From positions 151,178 to 215,177 of the forward strand of contig DATENM010000014.1 of assembly GCA_035275065.1 (NCBI GenBank): a DNA stretch of 64,000 bases, read 5' to 3'. Origin of the DNA: Blastocatellia bacterium. GTDB taxonomy: Bacteria > Acidobacteriota > Blastocatellia > UBA7656. The translations under genes were made by a program, and so were the position numbers. The notes beneath the pieces are model-generated. The model was given only the letters and a program-made list of their open reading frames with translations. It was not told the origin of the DNA and did not search any database. Positions 28,597 through 38,948 of this stretch are shown here, piece after piece (the first letter of the stretch is position 1; every line of letters starts with the position of its first letter).

Positions 28597-28835
28597 GCAG
28601 GAAGTAGGAAGCAGGAGGCAGAAGGCAGGGAGCAGGAAGCAGTCCCGTCAGGGACGCCATGTTTATAGTGATAGATGACGAAAATGATGAAGCCCCGTAG
28701 GGGCGAAATGTTGACATCGCGCTCCTACGGAGCTTGCATCCTTTAGAGCGTCGGTGACTATACACATCGCGCTCCTAACGGAGCTTGCGGATCAACTGCC
28801 TCCTGCTTCCTGCCTCCTGCCTCCTGCTTTCTCGT
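28597..28835. repeat. Heptamer-arm palindromic element, (GCAGGAG)n family, copy B, with a ~150 bp structured core (MITE-like)
   Basis: The arms are gcaggaagtaggaagcaggaggcagaaggcagggagcaggaagcag and ctgcctcctgcttcctgcctcctgcctcctgctttctcg. The core contains repeated ...catcgcgctcctacggagcttg... units. The core is the reverse complement of the core of the element at 56457-56752. Confidence 0.8.
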
Positions 28836-30828
28836 TTCTCGCGCGCACGAGTTGGGTCACTGCCGTGTACAGCTCGTCGAGCGTGGCGCGGCGCTCTGCC
28901 GGCTGCTTGAAGCCGAGGGCCGTTAGCACCAGCTCATCAAGGCGGCGGCGGTCGAAGCGCCGCACTTCATCAAAGACCGAGCCAACAGGCCGGTCAGCCA
29001 TCTCGGTCAACGCCGCTTCGAGACGGCGTCGCAGCCCCGGCGGAATCGCTCGCGGGTCGGGAATCAACAACTGTGCGGCGACGGCGACATCGATATCGGC
29101 GATGGCCTGCGCGCCGGTCATCTGCCGGCAGGTCACTTCGGCGTAGTAGCGCGCCCAGGTCGAATTGAGCAGCGCCGCCAGCAACAGCTCCGAAACGCCC
29201 CGCCGCGGATAGACGCCATAGAGTTTCTTATCTTCAAAGACGCCGGCGCGATTCACCGCCACCAGCCAGCGCTCGCCGATCTTCGAGGGCAGGATGAGCG
29301 GCGCCGCCCGCCGGCTTCGCGTCACCGCGTACCAACGGTCGCGCGCCGCGCAGCTCGGGCGCAGATGATAGCCGGCGCGCTCGCCGCTGCGAATATAGGC
29401 GAGCGCCCGCGTGCCGCGCAGCTCATCTGCCGCCAACGCACAGTTGAAAAACAAGCGCCGCGAGCTGACCTCTGTAAGCCAGATCGCCGGAATCTCTTTC
29501 AACGAAAAGATCACCGGCACAAGAAAGCGCGCCTCAAGCTGATGACGAGCGCCCGCGGCATCTTGAACTTCGATGATCGAACGATCTGTAGCCTTCGCCA
29601 CTTTTCGCGCCCGATGGTTGGTCGGCGCGGCGATATCGCGCACCGGCTTGAGGTAGAAGAACTCATTCGCGCCGGTCGTCAGCCCGCGCCGCACCCGCGC
29701 GATGTCGTCTAAGGCCAGCAGCGCGCCTTGAGCCTTTTGCGCTCCCCCAGGTTTTTTCAGGTAGAAGAAATCGTTGGCGCCGGTCTTCACACCGAAACGG
29801 ACTTGCGCCAGTTCCGCCAGCCGGAGCAGCCGCGCGCCGCCGCGTTCGAGGATGCGAAAGAAAACATCATCGGCGCGCAGGTACTTGCCCCAGCCGTTCG
29901 CCGCGCTACTCGCGCGCGGGCCCGCATCCGTGTCGGTCAGCGCCCCCTGGCTAACCATGCGGAGGCGATAAGCGGCGGTGGTCGTCGCCACGTCGGCGCG
30001 CTCAATGGCGTGGGCAAACGCCTGCGTTGCGACAATGGAGTTCTGCCGTTTGTTCAAGATCGCGACGAGCGGCTGATTGAGTTGAACGAAGCGAACCGTG
30101 TTCGCGGCGCGCTGCTCGGCGTCCGGCTCGCGCTCAAGCACGGTGATGCTGGTGTTGACCGAAGCGTCAACGAAAAAGCTCTCCGCCGTTGACTCGATCA
30201 CCGCGATGACGCGGAAGTTATCGAGCAAGAAACGGCGCAGCGCCGCGCCGTAGCCGGCGTCGAGCCAGCTACTCGCCGTCAGAAAGACCAGCCTGCCGCC
30301 AGCTCTCAGGAAACGAATCGCCCGCGCGAAAAAGTAAACGTAAATATCCGAGCGGCCTGACCAGCGCGGCCAGATCACTTCGGGCGCAGATTGCCGATCA
30401 CTCAACAACCGGCGCTCGATGCGTCGCTTGTCGGGTGCGCCCATCACTTCCTGGCGAATGTAAGGCGGATTGCCGATGACCGCGTCGCAGCATTCCGGCA
30501 AACGCAACCTGTCGCTGAGTGGCGCGCCCGGCTCAAGGTCGAAGAAATCGGCCCGCGCCACCCGCGCGCCGGTCGCCGCCGCAAGCATGACCGCCTGCGC
30601 CGAGCGATCAATGCCGAAGACCCCGCGGGCAAGCTCGTGCGGCGACGCTTTCGTTGCAAGCTGCCGCTTGGCGTTGATGGCTTCCGCAAGCAAGCGCCCG
30701 TCGCCGCACGCCGGGTCAAAGACCCGATCAGCCGCCGAGCGCACGGCAAACGCCGCCAGCAGCCGCGCCACCTCGACCGGCGTGTAGTGTTGTCCGTAGC
30801 GGTGCCGCTCGTCTCTTGCCTTCGCCAT
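28792..30828 (-). CDS. N6-adenine DNA methyltransferase, Eco57I/TaqI-like (gamma-class, DPPY-type NPPY motif) with C-terminal target-recognition-like region
   Basis: GQHYTP...VFDPACGDGRLL (motif I) and VIGNPPYI (motif IV). A C-terminal region carries duplicated GVKTGANDFFYLKKP / GLTTGANEFFYLKPV motifs. No restriction endonuclease gene is adjacent. The last 12 codons (KAGGRRQEAGGS) are encoded by the heptamer-repeat arm of element B. Confidence 0.8.
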   Translation of the reverse strand: MAKARDERHRYGQHYTPVEVARLLAAFAVRSAADRVFDPACGDGRLLAEAINAKRQLATKASPHELARGVFGIDRSAQAVMLAAATGARVARADFFDLEPGAPLSDRLRLPECCDAVIGNPPYIRQEVMGAPDKRRIERRLLSDRQSAPEVIWPRWSGRSDIYVYFFARAIRFLRAGGRLVFLTASSWLDAGYGAALRRFLLDNFRVIAVIESTAESFFVDASVNTSITVLEREPDAEQRAANTVRFVQLNQPLVAILNKRQNSIVATQAFAHAIERADVATTTAAYRLRMVSQGALTDTDAGPRASSAANGWGKYLRADDVFFRILERGGARLLRLAELAQVRFGVKTGANDFFYLKKPGGAQKAQGALLALDDIARVRRGLTTGANEFFYLKPVRDIAAPTNHRARKVAKATDRSIIEVQDAAGARHQLEARFLVPVIFSLKEIPAIWLTEVSSRRLFFNCALAADELRGTRALAYIRSGERAGYHLRPSCAARDRWYAVTRSRRAAPLILPSKIGERWLVAVNRAGVFEDKKLYGVYPRRGVSELLLAALLNSTWARYYAEVTCRQMTGAQAIADIDVAVAAQLLIPDPRAIPPGLRRRLEAALTEMADRPVGSVFDEVRRFDRRRLDELVLTALGFKQPAERRATLDELYTAVTQLVRARNEKAGGRRQEAGGS

Positions 30829-30918
30829 CGTTATCCATCTTGCTGCGCGCCGCGCCGGTATCTACAATCAATTGAGGGATGACCGCCGGCGGTCTTAAGA
30901 GTAGCAACTGAAAAGCTG

Positions 30919-31947
30919 ATGACGAAAGACGCCATTCTAAACGAGCTGGAGAAACAGCCCTTCGTGCCGCACCCGCGGCTAAAGAACGGCCACGCGCAGA
31001 CGCTCGCCGGGGCGCTCATCCGTCGCCGCTTCAAGCGGGTGATCGAGAATTGCGAAGAGCGGCTTTTTGACATCGCGCCGGGCGGCCAGGTGCTCGGCCA
31101 CTGCTCGTGGCAGGCAGACCGCACCATTCGTCCGACGCTCGTGCTGGCCCACGGCATGGAAGGCTCGACCGAATCTCGCTATATGCTCGGCACCGCGGAA
31201 AAGGCTTTGGAAGCCGGTTTCAACGTCATCCGCATGAACGTCCGCAACTGCGGCGGCACAGAACACCTGACGCCGACGCTCTATCACGCGGGGCTGACCG
31301 AAGACCTCAAACAGATCATCAGTGAGCTGAGCGAGCGCGATGGCCTGAGCGAGATTTATCTTGCGGGCTTCTCGCTCGGCGGCAACATGGTGTTGAAGCT
31401 GGCGGGCGAATACGCCACCACTGCGCCGGCGGCGCTGCGCGGCGTCATCGCCGTATCGCCTTCGATAGACCTCGCCGCTTGCGCCGATGCCATCGAGATG
31501 CGCTCGAACCTGATCTATCATTTCAAATTCATCACCAGCCTGCGCAACCGCCTGCGCCGCAAAGCGCGGCTCTTTCCCGACCGCTACGACGCCTCGCGGC
31601 TGCGCGGCGTCTGGACGATTCGCCGCTTCGACGATTTGATTACCGCGCCGCACATGGGCTTTCAAAACGTCGCCAACTATTACGAGCGTGCCAGCGCCCT
31701 GCCCTTCGTTGAGCGCATCAGTGTGCCGACGCTGATCGTCAGCGCCAAGGATGACCCCTTCATCCCCTTCGCGCCGTTCGAGCGCCCCGAAGTCACCGCC
31801 AACCCCAACGTCGCGTTGATCGCCCCGGCGCATGGCGGCCACGTCGGCTTCGTCTCCGCCAACGGCGAAGGCGAGGGCCGCTTCTGGGCCGAAGCAACCA
31901 TCGTCAACTTTGCCCGGCTCATCAACGAAGGCCGCCGATCACGCTAA
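30919..31947 (+). CDS. Alpha/beta hydrolase, YheT/ABHD-like
   Basis: GFSLGGN (GxSxG nucleophile) and HG...G oxyanion region, with architecture typical of COG0429-type hydrolases. A terminator hairpin ttgtggga-aagcgca-tcccacaa follows. Confidence 0.7.
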   Translation: MTKDAILNELEKQPFVPHPRLKNGHAQTLAGALIRRRFKRVIENCEERLFDIAPGGQVLGHCSWQADRTIRPTLVLAHGMEGSTESRYMLGTAEKALEAGFNVIRMNVRNCGGTEHLTPTLYHAGLTEDLKQIISELSERDGLSEIYLAGFSLGGNMVLKLAGEYATTAPAALRGVIAVSPSIDLAACADAIEMRSNLIYHFKFITSLRNRLRRKARLFPDRYDASRLRGVWTIRRFDDLITAPHMGFQNVANYYERASALPFVERISVPTLIVSAKDDPFIPFAPFERPEVTANPNVALIAPAHGGHVGFVSANGEGEGRFWAEATIVNFARLINEGRRSR

Positions 31948-32240
31948 GCTCAACAACTCAAACCATCTTAACCTAAGCGGTTGTGGGAAAGCGCATCCCA
32001 CAAGCGAACAGGGAGCAGAGGCCGGGGCCGGAGGCCAGGGGCCTGTAGAAGTCGCACCCGGCGAGTCGCAATGGCCTCGGCTGATCAACCAGCGCGTGAA
32101 GTAACTTGTCTGAAACCTGGGGTTAAACAAATTAGCCGCGCGTTTGCAACCTTTCCTTCCTTCAGACCACTGACCATTACCCGCTGGCCCCTGCCCGCGT
32201 GGCACGCCGCTTGGCTATGTCTAGCGGAGTTTTACGAGCA

Positions 32241-33851
32241 ATGATGAATGTAGCTACAAGTGAAGAAGCGCGGCGCTGGCGGGCGCTGATTGCCGACGAC
32301 CAACCCGATGTGCTGGAAGCCCTGCGCCTGCTGCTGAAAGGCGAAGGCTTTCAGACCGACGCCGTGATGTCGCCGGCGGAAGTGATCGAAGCGTTGCAGG
32401 CGCATAATTACGATCTGCTGCTGATGGATTTGAATTATGCGCGTGACACGACCTCCGGGCAGGAAGGGTTAGACTTGCTGAACGCCGTGCGCGCGCTCGA
32501 CGACACCCTGCCCATCGTCGTGATGACGGCGTGGGGCAGTATCGAGCTGACGGTCGAAGCCATGCGGCGCGGCGTCCGCGATTTCGTCTTGAAGCCCTGG
32601 GAGAATGCGCGGCTGGTCAACACGCTGCGCGCCCAGGTCGAAGCCGGTCGCGCCCTGCGCCACAAAGAACATCTGAAGACCGAGCGCCGCCTGATCGCCC
32701 AGATCGTCCTCGAAGCCACCGACCAGCGCACCATGCTAGAGCTGATCGCCGGGCGTATTAGCCATGCGCTCGAACGCGCCACGGCGATCTTCACGCGCGC
32801 GCCACGCGACCATGGCTTTATGCGCGCCGCGGCTGCCGGAGACGCCAACGGGCTGGAGCACCTGGCCGGCATGGCCAACCGCGAATGGCATTTCGACGGC
32901 AGCCATCCGCTCAACCTCGCGGGCGTTGCGTTCGATGAAGCGCTGGCGGCGTATTCTTCTACTGAGCCGCCCGCTTTGATCGTGCCCGTCAAAGTCAATA
33001 ATGAAATTGTCGGCTTGCTCGGCGTCGTCGGCAAGCATGCGAATGACGGCTTTGACGCCGACGACATGAAATTTCTCGACGCCGCAGCAGAGCAGATCGC
33101 TTCGGGCATCAGTAACTTTCACCTCAAGAGCCAGGAGCGCGAGCTGGCCGAAGCGCGCTTGATTCAAGAGCGGCTGCTGCCGAAAGCGATCCCGCAGATC
33201 GAGGGCTGCGAGATCGCCGCCGCCTGGCGACCGGCGCGCACCGTGTCGGGCGATTATTTCGACGTGCTGAAGTTTGACGAGCGCTGCGCGGCAGTCTGTA
33301 TCGCCGACGTCAGCGGCAAGGGAATGCCGGCGGCGCTGCTGATGTCGAATGTGCAGGCGGCGGTCAAAGCCTTTGCCACGGGCGACCTCGCGCCCGCCGC
33401 CATCTGCGAGAAGCTGAATCGCGTCGTCGGCGGCAACATCGCTGACGACCGCTTTATCACTTTCTTTTATGGCTTGCTCGACACCGCGCGCAAGACGTTC
33501 ACTTATGCCAACGCCGGCCATTGTCAGCCGATGCTGGTGCGCGCCGCCGGTGACGTGCTGCGCCTCGACAAAGGCGGATTGATGCTCGGGCCGTTCCCCG
33601 GCTTGCCGTTTGAACAGGGCAAGATTCAGTTACAGGCGGGCGACCGCTTGTTGCTCTTTACCGATGGCATCACGGAAGCCGACAACGGCTGCAACGAAGA
33701 GTTTGACGAGGCCCGGCTGACTGACATCCTGATTAACAACCGCGCGTTTGCCGCTGCCCGCTTAGAGGAAGTCGTGATGGAGAAGGTGATGGAATTCTGT
33801 AAGGGCGATTTTCATGACGACGCGACGTTGCTGGTTCTAAGCTTTGACTGA
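32241..33851 (+). CDS. Response regulator with receiver, GAF and PP2C (SpoIIE-type) Ser/Thr phosphatase domains
   Basis: The receiver domain (ALIADDQPDVLEAL...LLLMDLNY...PIVVMTAWGS...DFVLKPW) is followed by a GAF-like middle region and a PP2C region (SGDYFDV...ADVSGKGMPAALLMS...FTDGITEA). The start is uncertain: GTG at 32199, ATG at 32217 or 32241. Confidence 0.8.
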   Translation: MMNVATSEEARRWRALIADDQPDVLEALRLLLKGEGFQTDAVMSPAEVIEALQAHNYDLLLMDLNYARDTTSGQEGLDLLNAVRALDDTLPIVVMTAWGSIELTVEAMRRGVRDFVLKPWENARLVNTLRAQVEAGRALRHKEHLKTERRLIAQIVLEATDQRTMLELIAGRISHALERATAIFTRAPRDHGFMRAAAAGDANGLEHLAGMANREWHFDGSHPLNLAGVAFDEALAAYSSTEPPALIVPVKVNNEIVGLLGVVGKHANDGFDADDMKFLDAAAEQIASGISNFHLKSQERELAEARLIQERLLPKAIPQIEGCEIAAAWRPARTVSGDYFDVLKFDERCAAVCIADVSGKGMPAALLMSNVQAAVKAFATGDLAPAAICEKLNRVVGGNIADDRFITFFYGLLDTARKTFTYANAGHCQPMLVRAAGDVLRLDKGGLMLGPFPGLPFEQGKIQLQAGDRLLLFTDGITEADNGCNEEFDEARLTDILINNRAFAAARLEEVVMEKVMEFCKGDFHDDATLLVLSFD

Positions 33852-33853
33852 GA

Positions 33854-33960
33854 GTGACAAGTGACAAGTGACAAGTGACAAGAGCGTGTCGGTGTTGCTA
33901 CTACGCTCTCCCACTCATTACTCATCACTCATCACCTCTTGTCACTTGTCACTTGTCACT
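33854..33960. repeat. Heptamer-arm palindromic element, (GTGACAA)4 / (TTGTCAC)3 family
   Basis: gtgacaagtgacaagtgacaagtgacaag ... cttgtcacttgtcacttgtcact. The loop itself contains (ACTCATC/T)3. It lies between the response-regulator stop and the first ADOP RBS (cggagag). Confidence 0.8.
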
Positions 33961-33972
33961 CGGAGAGTCCCT

Positions 33973-36420
33973 ATGCTGACCACCTGGCAAGACATCAAGT
34001 ACGCCGCGCGCATGTGGCGCGCCCGCCCCGGCTTTGCGCTCGCGGCGGTCCTGTCGCTGGCACTCGGCATTGGCGCAAGCACGGTCATCTTTTCCATCGT
34101 TGACGGCGTGCTGCTGCGCCCGCTGCCCTACCCCGCGCCCGAACGCCTGGTGCAGCTCAAAGAGGTGAGCGAGCGCGGCAAGCAGAGCAACGTCACCGAG
34201 CCGAACTTCAAAGATGTGCGCGCCGCCAATCACACGCTCGACGCGGTGGCCGCGTATGGCGGCGGCGTCATGACGGTCACCGGCGGCACCGAGCCTGTGC
34301 GCGCCGGCACCTATGCGGTCACCGAAGATTTCTTCAAAGCGCTCGGCGTGCAGCCGGTGGTCGGGCGCGTCTTCACCGCCGAAGAGAGCAAGGCGGGCGG
34401 CGTCGCCGTCGTTAGCTATGGCTTCTGGCAGCGGCTGCTGGGCGCGCGAAGCAACCTCGACGGCGAGCGGCTCAACCTTCTGGACCAGAGCTTCGCGGTC
34501 GTCGGCGTCATGCCGCCGGGCTTCCAGTACCCCGGCGACGCCGAGGTCTGGGTGCCGAGCGTCATCTTCCCGCCCAACACGTCGCGCACGGCTCACAACT
34601 GGCAAGTGATTGGCCGCCTGCGCGCCGACACCTCGCTCGAACAGGCGAGCGCCGACGTGAGCAGCATTGTCCGGCAATTCAAAGCGCAGTACGGCAACGA
34701 CGTTGACGCCGTCGACATGGCGCTCGTGCCGCTGCGCGATTATCTGGTCGGCAGCACACGGCCCGTCTTGCTGGTGATGCTGGCGGCGGTCGGATTTCTG
34801 TTGCTGATTGCCTGTGCCAACGTCGCCAATATGCTGCTGGCGCAGGCGACGGCGCGCTATAAAGAGTTCGCCATCCGGCGGGCGCTCGGCGCGAGCCGCT
34901 TCCGCCTGGCGCGGCAATTCGTCACCGAAAGCGCGCTGCTGGCGGTGGTGGCTGGCGGCGTCGGTGTGCTGCTCGCCTTCTGGGGGCTTGATGCGCTGTT
35001 GAGCTTGAATCAAGCAGCCCTGCCGCGCGCCGGCGAGATCAATGTCAACGCCAGAGTCCTCGGCTTTACGCTCGTCCTGGCTTTTGTCGTCGCCATCATT
35101 GTCGGCCTCGTGCCGGTGCTGCGGTTTTCGGGCACAGACCTGCACACAGGCTTGAAAGAAGCGGGGCGCGGTTCGTCGGCACACGCCGCGACCAACCGTT
35201 TGCGTAATGGGCTGGTGATCGCGCAAGTCGCCTTGACGCTCATCTTGCTGACCGGCGCGGGCTTGCTTGCGAAGAGCTTCATGCGCGTCTTGCAGATCGA
35301 TCCGGGCTTCCGCCCCGACCGCACAGTGGCCATGGACATCTCGCTGCAATCATCCGACCCGCAGCAGGTGGCGCAGTTTCACGAGCAGTTGCTTGAGCGC
35401 GTCAGCCGGATTCCCGGCGTCACGGCTGCCGGCGGCGTCAGCAACCTGCCGATGACCGGCGGCGGCCCCGATGGCCTGTTCCTGATCGTCAACAGCGCCG
35501 ACCCCAGTGAAGCCGAGTTGAAGGACTTCAAGTATTACAAGGCGCTGGCGCAGAACCCGCTGACCCGCAAAGGCAGCGCCGAGTACCGCGTGGCGAGCGC
35601 CGATTATTTCGCGGCGATGGGCATCCCGCTCGTCAGCGGGCGCACCTTCAACGCGGCGGACACGGCGAACACCGACCACGTCGCCGTCATCAGCCAGTCG
35701 CTGGCCAAGCAGTACTTCGCCGACGAAGACCCGATTGGTAAGCGCATACAGTACGGCAATATGGACGGCGACTTGCACACGCTGCACGTCGTCGGCGTCG
35801 TCGGCGACGTGCGCGATTATGGGCTTGCCAGTAACGTCAAGCCGACGGTCTACGCCAACTACTTGCAGCGCCCGCGCAAGGCTGCCGACTTCACGGTCGT
35901 GACGCGCGGCGAGGTGGCCCCGGCGGCGCTGATCGCCAGTCTGCGTGGCACCGTTGAGGAGCTGAGCCATGACGTGCCGATGAGGTTCCGCACCGTCGAG
36001 CAAATCTTCTCTTCATCGCTGAACGACCGCCGTTTCAATCTGGTAATTCTCGGCGTCTTTGCCGTCGTCGCGTTGCTGCTGGCCGTGACCGGCATCTACG
36101 GCGTGATGAGCTATGCCGTAACCCAGCGCACGCAAGAGATCGGCATCCGCATGGCGTTAGGCGCGACGGTTACAGACATTCTGAAGATGACCATCTGGCG
36201 CGGCTTCAAGCTGGTCGTAGCGGGCCTCGCCGTGGGCATTGCCGGGGCGCTGGCGCTGACGCGTTTGTTATCGAGCTTACTTTTCAACATCAGCGCCACC
36301 GACCCGCTGACGTTCGCCGTGGTTTCGCTGTTGCTGGCCGCCGTGGCGCTCGCGGCGTGCTACATCCCTGCGCGCCGCGCCACCCGCGTAGACCCGATGA
36401 TCGCGCTCAGATACGAGTAG
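33973..36420 (+). CDS. ADOP-family MacB-like permease (MacB_PCD + 2x FtsX), paralog 1
   Basis: N-terminus [41 protein letters not shown], followed by two FtsX-like 4-TM blocks. The C-terminus ends ...[20 protein letters not shown]. Confidence 0.85.
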   Translation: MLTTWQDIKYAARMWRARPGFALAAVLSLALGIGASTVIFSIVDGVLLRPLPYPAPERLVQLKEVSERGKQSNVTEPNFKDVRAANHTLDAVAAYGGGVMTVTGGTEPVRAGTYAVTEDFFKALGVQPVVGRVFTAEESKAGGVAVVSYGFWQRLLGARSNLDGERLNLLDQSFAVVGVMPPGFQYPGDAEVWVPSVIFPPNTSRTAHNWQVIGRLRADTSLEQASADVSSIVRQFKAQYGNDVDAVDMALVPLRDYLVGSTRPVLLVMLAAVGFLLLIACANVANMLLAQATARYKEFAIRRALGASRFRLARQFVTESALLAVVAGGVGVLLAFWGLDALLSLNQAALPRAGEINVNARVLGFTLVLAFVVAIIVGLVPVLRFSGTDLHTGLKEAGRGSSAHAATNRLRNGLVIAQVALTLILLTGAGLLAKSFMRVLQIDPGFRPDRTVAMDISLQSSDPQQVAQFHEQLLERVSRIPGVTAAGGVSNLPMTGGGPDGLFLIVNSADPSEAELKDFKYYKALAQNPLTRKGSAEYRVASADYFAAMGIPLVSGRTFNAADTANTDHVAVISQSLAKQYFADEDPIGKRIQYGNMDGDLHTLHVVGVVGDVRDYGLASNVKPTVYANYLQRPRKAADFTVVTRGEVAPAALIASLRGTVEELSHDVPMRFRTVEQIFSSSLNDRRFNLVILGVFAVVALLLAVTGIYGVMSYAVTQRTQEIGIRMALGATVTDILKMTIWRGFKLVVAGLAVGIAGALALTRLLSSLLFNISATDPLTFAVVSLLLAAVALAACYIPARRATRVDPMIALRYE

Positions 36421-36524
36421 GTTTCTGGTTAGGGAAAGCGCCAGGGATGACAACCAGGAACCGCCAGCGGGCGAAGCCCATCTCCCGCTAAGGGAACCAG
36501 AAACCGCAAACCGGAGGTTTGCTG

Positions 36525-38948
36525 ATGCTCCAAGATGTTCGCTATGCCATTCGCGTGTTGTTGAAAAAGCCGGGGTTCACCTTTGTCGCCGTGCTGACGC
36601 TGGCGCTTGGCATCGGCGCGAATGCCGCCATCTTTACGGCGGTCGATGCGGCGCTGCTGCGTCCCTTCCCTTACAAAGACCCGGCGGCGCTCGTTCACAT
36701 CTGGGAGACCAGCCCGCAAAGCGAGTTCAGCGAACACGAAGCCGCTTACCCGGATTATCTCGACTGGCGGGCGCAATCAACCGCCTTTGAAGAGATGGCC
36801 GGTTATAACGCCGGCATGGCGCTCTTCTCCGGCATGGGCCAGCCGGAGCGCATTCAATCGGCGCGCGTCACATCGAGCTTCTTTCCGATGCTGGGCGCAC
36901 AGGCCAGTCTCGGTCGCACCTTCCGCGACGGCGAAGACCTGCCGGGCGCAGCGCGCCTCGCCGTGCTCAGTCACGGCTTCTGGCAGCGGCGCTTTGGCGG
37001 CGACCCCAAGATCATCGGCCAGCACATCACGCTCAACGCCGAGAGCTACGAGATCATTGGCGTGATGCCGCCGGGCTTTCACTTCGCCAAAGCCGGCAGC
37101 CCCGATGTCTGGCGACCGCTTCAGCCGCTGCCCTTTCAAGTGGCGCGGCGCAATCTTTTCTGGCTCAACGTCATCGGGCGGCTCAAGTCGGGCGTTACTC
37201 AGGAGCAGGCACAACAGGACCTGGCCGCCATCGTCACGAACATCGAGCGGCAGTACAGCAACTCGCACACCGGCGAAGGCATTCGCATCGCTTCATTGCG
37301 CGACGACATCGTCGGCAACCTTAAACCGCTGTTGCTCGTGCTGCTCGGCGCGGTCGGCTTTGTACTGCTGATCGCCTGTGCCAACGTCGCCAACCTGATG
37401 CTGGCGCGCGGCGCGGCGCGGCGCAAAGAGATGGCCATCCGGCTGGCGATGGGCGCAAGCCGGGCCCAGCTCGTCCGCCAGTTGCTGACCGAAAGCCTGA
37501 TGCTGTCGCTCGCAGGCGGCGCGCTCGGGTTGCTGATCGCGCAATGGATCATCGCCCTGTTGCTGGCCGGCATCCCGGCCTCGCTGATGCTCTACATGCC
37601 TTACCTGGCGACGCTCGCCGTAGACCTCAAAGCGCTCGGCTTTACCTTCGCCATCGCGACGCTGACCGGCGTGCTGTTCGGCTTAGCGCCGGCGCTGCAA
37701 GCGTCGAAGGCGGATCTGAGTGACGCGCTCAAGGAAGGCCGCACGCCGAGCGGCGCCATACGTGTTCGCATGCGCAACCTGCTCGTCGTCTCGGAAGTCG
37801 CGCTGGCGATGATGCTGCTGATTGGCGCGGGCTTGATGATGAAGAGTTTCTTCCGCCTGCTCAACGTCGATCCCGGCTTCCGCACAGACAAGCTGCTGAC
37901 CTTGCAGGTCGGTCTACCCGAAGACAAGTACGCCGACGAAACGCGCCCGCCGGTATTCTTCAAGCAGATGCTCGCCAACCTCGAACGCCTGCCGGGCGTC
38001 AGCGGCGCGGCGACGACAGACATCCTGCCGCTCGCCGGCGGCGGCAACACCGCGTCGTTTTATATCGCAGGCCGGCCCGCGCCGCCGCCCGGCGAGATGG
38101 TGGAAGCCAACGTCCGCACCGTGAGCGAGAAGTATTTCAGTGTGATCGGCCTGCCGCTCGTCGAGGGGCGCTTCTTCACCGAGCACGACAACAAGAACGC
38201 GCCGACGGCTTTGATCATCAACCGCACGCTGGCCGAGCGAGTGTTTCCGCGGCAGAGCGCCGTCGGTCAGCAGGTCATCTTCGGCTTTGATTCGCAACGG
38301 CAGCCGCGTGAGATCGTCGGCGTCGTCGGCGACGAAAACGTCACCGCGCTCGATGCCCGCGTCACGCCGGTCATCTATTTCAACTATGCGCAGGACGGCG
38401 GCACCTATAACGCCGTCGTGGTACGCACGTCGAACGACCCTGCGAGCTTGATCGGCGCGGCGCGCGACGAAATCCGCGCCCTCGAACCCGACGCAGCCAT
38501 CTTCAATGAAAAGCCGATGACCGGGCTGATTGCCGACGCGCCTTCGACTTTCTTTCGCCGCTACCCGGCGTTGTTGATCGGCGCTTTTGCCGCGGTCGCC
38601 GTGCTGCTGGCGATGATCGGCATCTACGGCGTGCTGTCGTATGCGGTGACCCAGCGCACGCATGAGATCGGCGTCCGCATGGCGCTCGGCGCGCAGCGCC
38701 GCGACGTCTTGCGGCTGATCGCCGGGCAGAGCTTGCGCCTGGCGCTCACAGGCATCGCGCTCGGGCTCGGCGGCGCGTTTGCTTTGACGCGCTTGCTTGC
38801 GAGCTTGCTTTACGGCGTCAGCGCCACCGACCCGCTGACCTTCGCGGCGACGGCGCTGCTGCTGGCAGGAGTGGCTCTGGCAGCCGGTTTCGTGCCGGCC
38901 CGCCGCGCCACTCGCGTTGATCCGATGATTGCTTTGAGATACGAATAA
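36525..38948 (+). CDS. ADOP-family permease, paralog 2
   Basis: GGAGG lies 7 nt before the ATG. N-terminus [37 protein letters not shown]; C-terminus [19 protein letters not shown]. Confidence 0.85.
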   Translation: MLQDVRYAIRVLLKKPGFTFVAVLTLALGIGANAAIFTAVDAALLRPFPYKDPAALVHIWETSPQSEFSEHEAAYPDYLDWRAQSTAFEEMAGYNAGMALFSGMGQPERIQSARVTSSFFPMLGAQASLGRTFRDGEDLPGAARLAVLSHGFWQRRFGGDPKIIGQHITLNAESYEIIGVMPPGFHFAKAGSPDVWRPLQPLPFQVARRNLFWLNVIGRLKSGVTQEQAQQDLAAIVTNIERQYSNSHTGEGIRIASLRDDIVGNLKPLLLVLLGAVGFVLLIACANVANLMLARGAARRKEMAIRLAMGASRAQLVRQLLTESLMLSLAGGALGLLIAQWIIALLLAGIPASLMLYMPYLATLAVDLKALGFTFAIATLTGVLFGLAPALQASKADLSDALKEGRTPSGAIRVRMRNLLVVSEVALAMMLLIGAGLMMKSFFRLLNVDPGFRTDKLLTLQVGLPEDKYADETRPPVFFKQMLANLERLPGVSGAATTDILPLAGGGNTASFYIAGRPAPPPGEMVEANVRTVSEKYFSVIGLPLVEGRFFTEHDNKNAPTALIINRTLAERVFPRQSAVGQQVIFGFDSQRQPREIVGVVGDENVTALDARVTPVIYFNYAQDGGTYNAVVVRTSNDPASLIGAARDEIRALEPDAAIFNEKPMTGLIADAPSTFFRRYPALLIGAFAAVAVLLAMIGIYGVLSYAVTQRTHEIGVRMALGAQRRDVLRLIAGQSLRLALTGIALGLGGAFALTRLLASLLYGVSATDPLTFAATALLLAGVALAAGFVPARRATRVDPMIALRYE

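Noticed and set aside
28577-28765. Small ORFs inside the GCAGGAG elements (28577-28765 - and 56611-56910 +), both starting MSTFRPYGA
   Set aside because: They are the same repeat core read in opposite genomic orientations. Frames diverge immediately after the shared prefix, and there is no RBS. The repeat is more likely structural or RNA than coding.
32200-32214. Sigma-54-like TGGCACG...TTGG upstream of the response regulator
   Set aside because: The spacing and the -12 element do not fit GG-N10-GC (GG is found where GC is required). It probably lies inside or at the very start of the coding region.
33949-35349. Long antisense ORFs inside the ADOP genes and other genes (for example 33949-35349 - 466 aa, 39401-40258 -, 42974-43936 -, 47273-47980 -, 54214-55137 -, 60764-61603 -, 5446-6570 -, 14914-16041 +)
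   Set aside because: These are Arg/Ala/Gly-rich translations with no recognisable domains. They are what high-GC sequence produces on the non-coding strand. The sense-strand proteins have clear FtsX/GH5/propeller signatures.
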